NCBI GenBank assembly: GCA_965232845.1
Contig: OZ247428.1
Coordinates: 1,159,535 to 1,223,534 of the forward strand
Reading direction: 5' to 3'
Source: Dehalococcoidia bacterium
GTDB taxonomy: Bacteria; Chloroflexota; Dehalococcoidia; Lucifugimonadales; UBA3495
Length of the DNA: 64,000 bases
The notes under the pieces were generated by a model. It was not told the origin of the DNA and ran no database searches. It saw nothing but the letters and a program-made list of their open reading frames with translations. Positions 8,560-16,409 of the stretch are shown here, piece after piece. The stretch's first letter is position 1. Each line of letters opens with the position of its first letter. The translations under genes and the position numbers were made by a program.

Positions 8560-8658
8560 CAGCTTTGTTGCTGGCTTCGATTCAGGAACTGAGGATCATC
8601 CCGCCTTCCCAATCACTTCAAAAAGAATTTCAAGAGCGAGTGAATTTGTTTGCTTTAT

Positions 8659-10314
8659 CTATCTCCCTACCCACTCGCCGTATACAGGAAATTGACTGCA
8701 AAGGAATTCGATGTAGGCTGGCCGGTTAGACTGATTGACCTCCAAAGCGCGACGCAGCGCGGGTTCCACCTCCGAAGGCTCCGAAACCCGCTCGGTGTGA
8801 AAGCCCAATTCGCCTATCACCCTGGACATATCAACATCATCCGGGCCCAGGACGGAGTGGGTGAACGGGTCGTGGCCTGGCCCCCAGAAGCCGGGACCGT
8901 AACCGGCAAAGCCGCCATTACTGATGTGAACCACGGTAACACCCAGGTTCTGGCGCAGGGCAACTTCCAAATTGCCCAGCATGTAGCCCAGTCCCGCCTC
9001 GCCGGTTACAGTTACCGCGGGGCGATTCTGGTCTGCCATTCTTGCGGCAACAGAAGCTGCCCAACCGAAGCCCAGCGTTGAAACATTGCCCCAGCCAAGG
9101 AATGCCCGTGGCACCAGGGTTTCGTACATGGTACTGAGCTGGTCACGGGTATTACCGGACTCGTGAGTGATGAAAGAGTTGTAAGGGTCCAACACTTCCA
9201 TCAGGCCCGCGTACACCCGGTAAGGATTAATGGGCTTGTCCTCTGAGGCCATGGCTTCCCGGTACGGGGCCATTCCGGCATCCCGCTCATTCCTGACTTC
9301 GAGTGCAACGTCTTCCCGAGATCTTACGGCCTGGACCGGCCTTGTGGACAGCTCTTCGGTCAACGCTTGCAAGGATTGACGGGCATCGCCAATGACGGCC
9401 TGGGCCGTGGGATAAACCTTGTTAATATGGAGATCATCGACGTCGCAGTGAACGATAGTCTTTCCAACAGCGTTGGGAATCCGATGACTAAACCTGCCGG
9501 GCGAAAGACTGGTACCGACCGCGAAGATCAAGTCGCTGTCGTTCAGATAGTTGGTAACCTGACCACCGCGGACACCGACAAACAGAGGATGATTCTCGGG
9601 AAAGGCGCCCTTTGCCTTAAGGGTGGTAACCACCGGCGCGTTAGCCATCTCAGCCAGGGACAACAGTTCTTCAGAAGCACCGGCATAGATTACGCCTTCC
9701 CCAGCATAAATGAGGGGCTTCTGGGCCTGCGTGAGCAAGTCTATCGCCATGCCCACATCCTCCCGCGCGGGTCCGTGCTTCCAACCCTTCACGGGAGTAT
9801 AGGGATCGGCCGTTTCATCGTAAGTGCCGGCAGGATCTGGAACAGCCAGGATGACGGGCCCAGGCCGGCCGCTCCTCAAGAGGGTGAAGGCTCGCCGCAT
9901 GAATTCCGGGACCCGTTCCGGCCGGTCGATATAGCCAAACCACTTCGAAACGGTGGTCATACTTCTGAAGACATCAAACTGGGTGTTTTCAGAGCTCCCC
10001 GCAGGGATGCCATCGGTGATGCAAAGCACCGGGGAACCGTCCTCAAACGCCTGGGCCATACCGGCGTACGCGTATTGCATACCGGCGGCATTTACACCCC
10101 CCTGGAAAGTGCAAACACCTATCTGGCGTCCAGCAGTTATTCGGGAAAAGGCATCGGCCACGGCGACTGCATAACGGTCGTCGCGCATCATGAGCATAGG
10201 GATACCTTCCCGACCGAGGGCGTTGTTTACCCGGCAAACTGGGAATGTGGAAACCCACTCCACCCCTTCCTGTTTCAAAATTCGAGCTATGCCGGTAGCT
10301 GCGTCGATAGTCAT
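8659..10314 (-). CDS. Thiamine-diphosphate-dependent enzyme (acetolactate synthase large-subunit-like family)
   Basis: 551 aa. The N-terminal pyrimidine-binding domain reads TGIARILKQEGVEWVSTFPV...VCTFQGGVNAAGMQYAYAGMAQAFEDGSPVLCI. A C-terminal ThDP-binding GDG-like region TVTGEAGLGYMLGNLEVA is also present. Confidence 0.85.
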   Translation of the reverse strand: MTIDAATGIARILKQEGVEWVSTFPVCRVNNALGREGIPMLMMRDDRYAVAVADAFSRITAGRQIGVCTFQGGVNAAGMQYAYAGMAQAFEDGSPVLCITDGIPAGSSENTQFDVFRSMTTVSKWFGYIDRPERVPEFMRRAFTLLRSGRPGPVILAVPDPAGTYDETADPYTPVKGWKHGPAREDVGMAIDLLTQAQKPLIYAGEGVIYAGASEELLSLAEMANAPVVTTLKAKGAFPENHPLFVGVRGGQVTNYLNDSDLIFAVGTSLSPGRFSHRIPNAVGKTIVHCDVDDLHINKVYPTAQAVIGDARQSLQALTEELSTRPVQAVRSREDVALEVRNERDAGMAPYREAMASEDKPINPYRVYAGLMEVLDPYNSFITHESGNTRDQLSTMYETLVPRAFLGWGNVSTLGFGWAASVAARMADQNRPAVTVTGEAGLGYMLGNLEVALRQNLGVTVVHISNGGFAGYGPGFWGPGHDPFTHSVLGPDDVDMSRVIGELGFHTERVSEPSEVEPALRRALEVNQSNRPAYIEFLCSQFPVYGEWVGR

Positions 10315-10411
10315 TAGTCAGTCTCCCTTCCCGTTGTATTTGAACCTTTCAGTCAATGCGAGCTTACTCTAACACCAAGGCCGATAGCTGTCATCCAACC
10401 GGTGCCTCCAT

Positions 10412-10427
10412 GCAGGGCAATCGCGTT
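10412..10427. repeat. Left boundary repeat GCAGGGCAATCGCGTT, inverted copy of 11360-11375
   Basis: The reverse complement of 10412-10427 equals AACGCGATTGCCCTGC at 11360-11375 (16/16). It overlaps a local hairpin CAATCG-N9-CGATTG at 10418-10438. Confidence 0.8.
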
Positions 10428-10435
10428 ATAAACGA

Positions 10436-10470
10436 TTGTCATGCTGAGCGAAGCCGAAGCATCTGAATCC
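10436..10470 (+). repeat. Single inverted-orientation copy of the array core motif
   Basis: Plus-strand TGTCATGCTGAGCGAAGCCGAAGCATCTGAATCC aligns with the minus-strand array core TGTCACCCTGAGCTTGCCGAAGGGTCTAAAGTCC. Confidence 0.7.
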
Positions 10471-11322
10471 AACCCAGCAACCTTGTTTCGGGCCTTGAGC
10501 CTGACTCCTGTCAGGGACTTTAGACCCTTCGGCAAGCTCAGGGTGACTGTTTTAAGCTCAGGGTGACATGTTTTCCCATCAGTGTTTCGGGCCTTGAGCC
10601 TGACTCCTGTCAGGGACTTTAGACCCTTCGGCAAGCTCAGGGTGACATGACTTATGCTCAGGGTGGCATGTTTTAGGCTCAGGGTGGCATGTTTTAGGCT
10701 CAGGGTGGCATGACTTTTTCCAGCGGGGTTTCGGGGGTTGAGGGTGACTGCTGTCGGGGAGTTTAGGCCCTTCGGCAAGCTCAGGGTGACTTGTTTTCCC
10801 AGCAGTGTTTCGGGGGTTGAGGGTGACTGCTGTCGGGGAGTTTAGGCCCTTCGGCAAGCTCAGGGTGACATGTTTTCCCAGCAGTGTTTCGGGCCTTGAG
10901 CCTGACTCCTGTCTGGGACTTTAGACCCTTCGGCAAGCTCAGGGTGACATGTTTTATGCTCAGGGTGACATGTTTTATGCTCAGGGTGACATGTTTTCCC
11001 AGCAGTGTTTCGGGCCTTGAGCCTGACTCCTGTCTGGGACTTTAGACCCTTCGGCAAGCTCAGGGTGACATGTTTTAAGCTCAGGGTGACATGTTTTCCC
11101 AGCAGTGTTTCGGGCCTTGAGCCTGACTCCTGTCCGGGACTTTAGACCCTTCGGCAAGCTCAGGGTGACATGTTTTATGCTCAGGGTGACATGTTTTCCC
11201 AGCAGTGTTTCGGGCCTTGTGCGTGACTCCTGTCATGGACTTTAGACCCTTCGGCAAGCTCAGGGTGACATGTTTTATGCTCAGGGTGACATGTTTTCCC
11301 AGCTTAGGGTGACATGTTTTGC
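10471..11322. repeat. Composite tandem repeat array with 8 long (~58 nt) units interleaved with 18 short (21 nt) units
   Basis: The short unit GCTCAGGGTGACATGTTTTAT starts near 10536, 10556, 10634, 10655, 10677, 10698, 10778, 10858, 10937, 10958, 10979, 11057, 11078, 11157, 11178, 11257, 11278 and 11301. The long unit is CCAGCAGTGTTTCGGGCCTTGAGCCTGACTCCTGTCTGGGACTTTAGACCCTTCGGCAA, present 8 times. Higher-order periods are 79, 100 and 121 nt. Confidence 0.9.
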
Positions 11323-11352
11323 CATCAGAATGAACTTGCACATATCAACACG

Positions 11353-11392
11353 AACTTAAAACGCGATTGCCCTGCGCCTCCAGGGCAATCGC
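11353..11392 (-). terminator. Perfect 12-bp hairpin. It is a likely minus-strand intrinsic terminator and also the right boundary repeat of the array.
   Basis: GCGATTGCCCTG (11363-11374), loop CGCCTC, then CAGGGCAATCGC (11381-11392). On the minus strand the hairpin is followed by GTTTTAAGTT. Confidence 0.5.
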
Positions 11393-11451
11393 ATTTAAAG
11401 GGCAGGGCTTTCCCGGACGGTATGTTCCCATTCCGGGGCAGGGACGAAAAG

Positions 11452-11464
11452 CCCCCCCCCCCCC
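11452..11464. repeat. Homopolymeric C13 tract
   Basis: Read directly as gaaaag-ccccccccccccc-gatattt. It is intergenic. Confidence 0.9.
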
Positions 11465-11749
11465 GATATTTCGGCTCATTTTCATCCACCAACCGGCAGC
11501 CGGCGAAGAGAAGGGGCAAAGGGGGTTACAAAGAAGGCACCACTTTGAACGCCGTAGAAGCGGGTTACGGGAACTGTCCGGTGCCGATTGCCGTTGGACT
11601 GGGCGCACGTTGGTCCACTAAAGAATAGCAAGAGGGTTTATCGAAGAGTCTTCGAAAATGTTCCCAATGAGAATATCAATGCCATAGCCTTATCGTGGCC
11701 TCTTCAGGCAGCCTCCGAAACCAGGTATATGGAGGGCCCAGGCACTTCG

Positions 11750-13300
11750 TCAGGACCGAGAATTGTATTTGGTGAATGGGGCGCCGTCGTCGGGCAAAGT
11801 TCCCAGGTAAAAGGAACGCAAGTAAGGCTCAACCAACCGGGCCAGGTCTCGCCGTTCCAACTCTAGAGGAGTTAACGGCCTGTCGAGCGCTTTCTTCAGT
11901 TCCTTGAACAGGTCCTCCTTGTCTACCCTGGTGTGTTGACCGTCACGGAAGACCACTTCGCCGTCCACAAGGACGGTGTCAACGTCTATGCCCCTCCCCC
12001 GGTGTACCAGGGCATCGACCACAGAAACCTCCGGGTCAAGGTAAGGCTCTTCGATGTTTCTGAGGTCCAGCAGCACCATGTCGGCACGTTTACCCGGCTC
12101 CAAAGTGCCAATCCGGTCACCAAACCAACTGGCGTAAGCCCCATTGACCGTCGCCATTTCCAGCACCTGATACGAAGTAGGCGGTTCGAGGTCTATCCCC
12201 GGAACCCTATGCAGCTTGAGTACCAACCGCATTTCCTGGAAGAGGTCCTTGTCGTCGTTGAGACCTGCTTCGTCGCTGCCTATCGCAACCTTGACGCCGG
12301 CCGCCAGAATACGGCCCACAGGAGCAATTCCGCTTTGCAGTCGCAGGTTGGAGCTGGCATTGTGGCAAATGTTGGTCCCGGTGGACGCCATCAATTGCAG
12401 ATCTTCTTCAGTGGCCCAGACGCTGTGGCCGCATGTAACTTCCGGACCCAGGAAATCCAGATCGTGCAGGTGCTGCAGGGGAGTCTTACCGTAAGCCCGA
12501 TAACCGTAGAGTTTCTGGTAAACGGTTTCCTGGAGATGAATGTGAATGCCGGTGTTGTACCGGTTCGCCAGTTGCTTCAGGGCAATGAGCAATTCGTCAG
12601 AACAGCGATGCACATTGCTGGGGGCCATCGTAACCTGCACACGCTCATGCTGGTTGTTTCCATACTTCCGGCAAATATCATCCAGGACAGGAATCACGTT
12701 CGAAACCGGCCAGTAGCTGGGAGCCATCAGGGACCGATACCGTTCTGCAAGTTCCTGAGGCAGTTGAGCCGCAAAGTCTTCCTCCCCGCCACCAGGGCCA
12801 GCAACCATGGAATTCTGGTCCACCACGGAGGGTGCATAAGAAACCCGCATACCGGAAGTCTGGTATGCACTAACCACCTTGTCAGCTATCTCCATGCTGA
12901 CCGGCCCATACCCTCGACCCGGAGAATGTATCGCCTGCACCGTGGTGGTACCCGTTTCAATCATCTGGATGGCCCCGTAGAGTTGGTCCAAATAGGGGTC
13001 GATAATCCGGGTGCCAATGCGGGCGAGGCTCCACATTTCCAGGGGTAAATCGGGTGCGCCCATTTGGAATGGGGTAAGTCCAACGTGAAAGTGGTCATTG
13101 ACTAAACCCGGCATAACCAGGTGGTGGGTGGAACCGATTAACTCGGCGTCGGGATTTTGCTCGCTGAGCTCCTGGTAGTCGCCTATCGCTTCTATTGCCC
13201 CGTTATTAGCCAGGACTCCACCATCCGTAACAACAATCGCGGAATCCGAACCGGTTACTTTGCAGACCACATACTTTCCACGAACCAGTGTTAGAGTCAC
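11750..13300 (-). CDS. Amidohydrolase-superfamily protein (chlorohydrolase / aminohydrolase-like)
   Basis: 516 aa. It carries the metal-binding HxH motif in LVMPGLVNDHFHVGLTP, then later IHIHLQET and GHSVW, and a C-terminal GSDEAGLNDD. Confidence 0.85.
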   Translation of the reverse strand: MTLTLVRGKYVVCKVTGSDSAIVVTDGGVLANNGAIEAIGDYQELSEQNPDAELIGSTHHLVMPGLVNDHFHVGLTPFQMGAPDLPLEMWSLARIGTRIIDPYLDQLYGAIQMIETGTTTVQAIHSPGRGYGPVSMEIADKVVSAYQTSGMRVSYAPSVVDQNSMVAGPGGGEEDFAAQLPQELAERYRSLMAPSYWPVSNVIPVLDDICRKYGNNQHERVQVTMAPSNVHRCSDELLIALKQLANRYNTGIHIHLQETVYQKLYGYRAYGKTPLQHLHDLDFLGPEVTCGHSVWATEEDLQLMASTGTNICHNASSNLRLQSGIAPVGRILAAGVKVAIGSDEAGLNDDKDLFQEMRLVLKLHRVPGIDLEPPTSYQVLEMATVNGAYASWFGDRIGTLEPGKRADMVLLDLRNIEEPYLDPEVSVVDALVHRGRGIDVDTVLVDGEVVFRDGQHTRVDKEDLFKELKKALDRPLTPLELERRDLARLVEPYLRSFYLGTLPDDGAPFTKYNSRS

Positions 13301-13646
13301 GGTCGATCTCCTTTATGCACTCTTGCATGGAAGCTTTTTGGCCAAAATGGCCGATAACTTCTGCCAATTCAATAGCGGCGTTGAAGATAAGCCTGCGGCC
13401 GTCTCGGCAACCCGCCCAACCCTCCGGTTATATTCTGCAACTTGGGACAAGGTATGGGATAGGGCACTACTAAAAACAAGAACCTCGTAATAACCGAAGT
13501 GTCGACTTGGCGCTAAGGCTTCTTGCTAATGCGCCGAGTTGTTTCGTTCAAGCTTGGCGCTTAAGCTGGGTGATTTTGTTCGGTAAGATTTGGACCCTCA
13601 CGCCGAAGGCCATGACCCTTAATTCAAGCTGACATACCTACGACGA

Positions 13647-14339
13647 TTACTCAAGACAGCATGCCGCACGACACGTAGACAGGCCGAAAAAGCAGCTTCG
13701 GCAAAAGCAAACTTGGCGTGCCTCCTCCTCATCTTCTTCTTCCTCACTGAAAAAATTCTCCCTTCCCTCCTTGATAAAGAACGGGACCAAGATCAGGGCC
13801 GAGACTGGGTCAGCCCACCACCAGGCCAGCAAAGCATTAAACACCAGGCCTACCAATATAGACACGTCCTGAAGGTCGCAAAACAGGCTTTCCATGGCCT
13901 CCGCCCTGAGTGAGCGGGACTGTAATCGGGTGGCGACACGCATCTTGGCTACATAGAGTCCACTCATCACTACGAGACTCGCCACGGCGATACCAACACC
14001 TACAAGGCTCGGCTGAGGCTCAGGAACCCAACCCAACAGGCTGGCCACGGAGTGAACACCTACATAGGCGGCAAGCAAAAAGAAAGTCAGCCCCAAAAGC
14101 TTTTGAGCTCTCTTTTCCGCAGCCTCGCCGTCATGTCCGTCCTGCTCACTTTTCAACCGCCACACCAAGACTCCGCCCGCAAATAGCTCTATGACACTAT
14201 CCGCGCCGAAGGCCAGCAGGACCACGCTACCGACCCGCGCACCTGCCCAGAAAGCCACACCGGCTTCTATTAAATTCCAGGCGAGGCCTACAGACACCAG
14301 AATGAGGGCTGTTCGGCGGAGAGCGTCGGCCTGGAGCAT
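13647..14339 (-). CDS. Cation-efflux (CDF)-like polytopic membrane protein with a poly-Glu and Cys-rich C-terminal tail
   Basis: 230 aa with about 6 hydrophobic helices. The CDF-like TM2 motif is GSVVLLAFGADSVIELFAG. The tail reads FFSEEEEDEEEARQVCFCRSCFFGLSTCRAACCLE. Confidence 0.55.
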   Translation of the reverse strand: MLQADALRRTALILVSVGLAWNLIEAGVAFWAGARVGSVVLLAFGADSVIELFAGGVLVWRLKSEQDGHDGEAAEKRAQKLLGLTFFLLAAYVGVHSVASLLGWVPEPQPSLVGVGIAVASLVVMSGLYVAKMRVATRLQSRSLRAEAMESLFCDLQDVSILVGLVFNALLAWWWADPVSALILVPFFIKEGRENFFSEEEEDEEEARQVCFCRSCFFGLSTCRAACCLE

Positions 14340-14445
14340 TGGATACCATTCTCCTTGATTGCCTACTCTTGGCGTACTGTTTCAGGTAGATAACCGGTCA
14401 CCCTGTTGATCGACAGTAGTCTAACATTGCGGGGAACCAAGTCCA

Positions 14446-14477
14446 CGATAGCCGACGTTTTCGATAGCCGACGTTTT
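14446..14477. repeat. Exact tandem duplication of a 16-nt unit CGATAGCCGACGTTTT
   Basis: 14446-14461 and 14462-14477 are identical. The site is 107-138 nt upstream of the minus-strand CDF-like gene. Confidence 0.9.
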
Positions 14478-14982
14478 AATGTAGCAGGAGGGGAAAGATC
14501 CCAGGAGTTGGGGCCAGGTGAGCTACCGACAAAGGGGTCGAAAAAGACGGGCCCGAATCACCGGGCCAGGAAAGGGGAAATAGATGGGGTTGGCTGTATG
14601 AAACCCAGAGATCAGGAAGCGATTCGTTCGATGGGAAACGAGGAATACGGTATCCAACAAACGAGGATGAAAAAGAGCTTACTTGCTCATTTCTAAGATA
14701 TCGGAAATGCACTGATCCAATATGAAGCGTTTCCGATTAGCCCCTATACCTATCCCTGCCGTTGGCCAAGGCACGCGGGACGCTTCAACAATGGTGTTGA
14801 GCTCATTTCCGTTTACCCGAGAGGAGGGGATTTATAGCCTAGCCATCAGTCTTAAAGCCACCGAATAAGTTGCCAATGTGATACGAACCGTTCAATCGGA
14901 TGGCCCCGGGTTCTGGACTAGTTCAACGTCCCAGACGAAAGAAAACCCTGTCGCCGTAAGTGCATTCCGGAACCCCGAGTAG

Positions 14983-16122
14983 CTACCACTGAACAAACAT
15001 TGGCATTACAACGTGCACGTAGTCGTCGGTGCCGATGGGCTTGAATACGCCAGGGCTGGATGAGGTAGTAGTTTCCAGTGCTACCTGCCCCCGGTCCAGG
15101 ACAGTCAGCACGTCCTGAAGGTACTTGCTGTTGAAGGCAATCTTGGACTCGCCGCCCTCGATGGTTTCGGTGTCGACCTCTCCCTGGTTCTCCCCCACTT
15201 CTTCCGATTTAGCAGAGATCACAGCCTTGCCAATAGCTCCCTCCTCTTCACCCGGCATCATCTGCATCCGGATGATGTTGCTACCGTCGCGGGCAAAAAT
15301 TGCCGCCGTTCGGGCGGCCCGAAGCAGCTTCTGAAGATCAAAAACGCTGCGATTATCGAAATTTTGAGGTATTAGCTGGTCGTAGTTCGGGAAAGTGCCC
15401 TGCAGCAGCTGGGACACAACCTCTATGCCGCCGACTTTGAACAGGACCTGCCCTCGAGCCGGTACCATCATGATTTCCACCGGGTCATCCTGGTCACCAA
15501 GGAGGCGACTCAGTTCGTTGAGGGTCCTTGCCGGAACTATTACACCAATATCGGCTTCAACAGGTTCGGCTAGAGTGCCGTGCTGCACCGCCAATCGGAA
15601 GCCGTCCGCGGCCGCAAGCGTAAATCGATCCCCGGACAACTTGGCCTCTACGCCGGTCAGTACCGGGCGAGACTCTTCAGTCGCCGCCGCGAACACCACC
15701 CGCGAAATTGCCAATTTCAGGTCTTGTGTGCCCACCCGGGCCGAAACTCCTTCTTCCACCTGGGGTATAGGAGGAAAGTCGTCGGCATTGGCTCCGTGGA
15801 TGCGTGCTTCCGCCCGACCGCAAGCCAGCCGCATTACCCCACTTCCAGGCTCCAGTTCCAGGTCAATCCGGTCGCTGGGAAGGGAGTTAACGAATTCTGT
15901 CAACAGTCGGGCCGGAATAGTTATGGAGCCCTCATCCTCAATCATGGCCCCAATCCAAGTGGTTATCGCAATTTCCAGATTGGTGGCGGACAATTTGAGC
16001 ATGGACCGGTCGGTTTCCAGAAGCACATTCTGGGTAATGGGCAACGTAGCCCGGCTGGCAACCGCCCTTCCCACTACGGATAGTCCACGGCTGAGGTTTT
16101 CTTGCAGGCAGGAGAGTTTCAT
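14983..16122 (-). CDS. dnaN: DNA polymerase III beta sliding clamp
   Basis: MKLSCLQENLSRGLSVVGRAVASRATLPITQNVLLETDRSMLKLSATNLEIAI... and ...KIAFNSKYLQDVL. I take Met25 of track ORF 14983..16194 as the start (379 aa). Confidence 0.9.
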   Translation of the reverse strand: MKLSCLQENLSRGLSVVGRAVASRATLPITQNVLLETDRSMLKLSATNLEIAITTWIGAMIEDEGSITIPARLLTEFVNSLPSDRIDLELEPGSGVMRLACGRAEARIHGANADDFPPIPQVEEGVSARVGTQDLKLAISRVVFAAATEESRPVLTGVEAKLSGDRFTLAAADGFRLAVQHGTLAEPVEADIGVIVPARTLNELSRLLGDQDDPVEIMMVPARGQVLFKVGGIEVVSQLLQGTFPNYDQLIPQNFDNRSVFDLQKLLRAARTAAIFARDGSNIIRMQMMPGEEEGAIGKAVISAKSEEVGENQGEVDTETIEGGESKIAFNSKYLQDVLTVLDRGQVALETTTSSSPGVFKPIGTDDYVHVVMPMFVQW

Positions 16123-16359
16123 TGGAAGGTCACCTGAAATTACAGATTGTCGGGGTTGGCCTTTATCAATGGGCCAGGGTTCAATTACAGCCAATTATAT
16201 TATCACAAGCAATTATATGACATTAAGGGCAATGAAGGGAAAGGGGCAATGTCAGAAATGGTCAATCCTCACTCTTGTTTACTTCGTTTACCCCTGATTG
16301 CCTGCCCCTGATTACGATATCTTCCCCAGCTTGCAATGAAACGTGCATAGCTACACATC

Positions 16360-16368
16360 TGCTATAAT
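16360..16368 (+). promoter_or_regulatory. Extended -10 promoter element TGCTATAAT
   Basis: TGnTATAAT at 16360-16368. There is no good -35. It lies 6 nt before ATG 16374 and 42 nt before ATG 16410. Confidence 0.4.
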
Positions 16369-16409
16369 GCTGGATGGGTTTCAAACCCAGAATGAAGGAC
16401 AGACTGCCC

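Noticed and set aside
10436-11322. CRISPR array interpretation of the regularly spaced 21-nt repeats
   Set aside because: The sequences between the repeats are not unique spacers. They are 8 near-identical copies of one 58-nt unit, and many short units abut each other directly. No cas genes or leader are present.
10353-11341. Minus-strand track ORFs over the array (10353..10778, 10579..10857, 10860..11057, 11081..11341) as a repeat-protein gene family
   Set aside because: Their M starts are the recurring TTGCCGAAGGG of the repeat. The long-unit period is not divisible by 3, so the frame rotates between copies and ORFs break. The peptides (LPKGLKSLTGVRLKARN, KTCHPEH...) are simple read-outs of the DNA repeat.
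11314-11866. Track ORFs around the poly-C tract (11314..11628, 11325..11519, 11345..11608, 11367..11621, 11588..11866)
   Set aside because: These are mutually overlapping ORFs in several frames across hairpins and a homopolymer. Their products are Gly/Pro/Arg-rich, with no RBS or family resemblance.
14406-14712. 96-aa plus and 78-aa minus ORFs in the dnaN-downstream gap
   Set aside because: They overlap each other, lack RBSs, and have composition atypical of proteins. I treat the gap as non-coding pending searches.
16123-16373. Replication origin next to dnaN
   Set aside because: Only near-miss DnaA boxes are present (TTATCACAA, TTATCAATG). There is no cluster and no dnaA gene. This is insufficient evidence.
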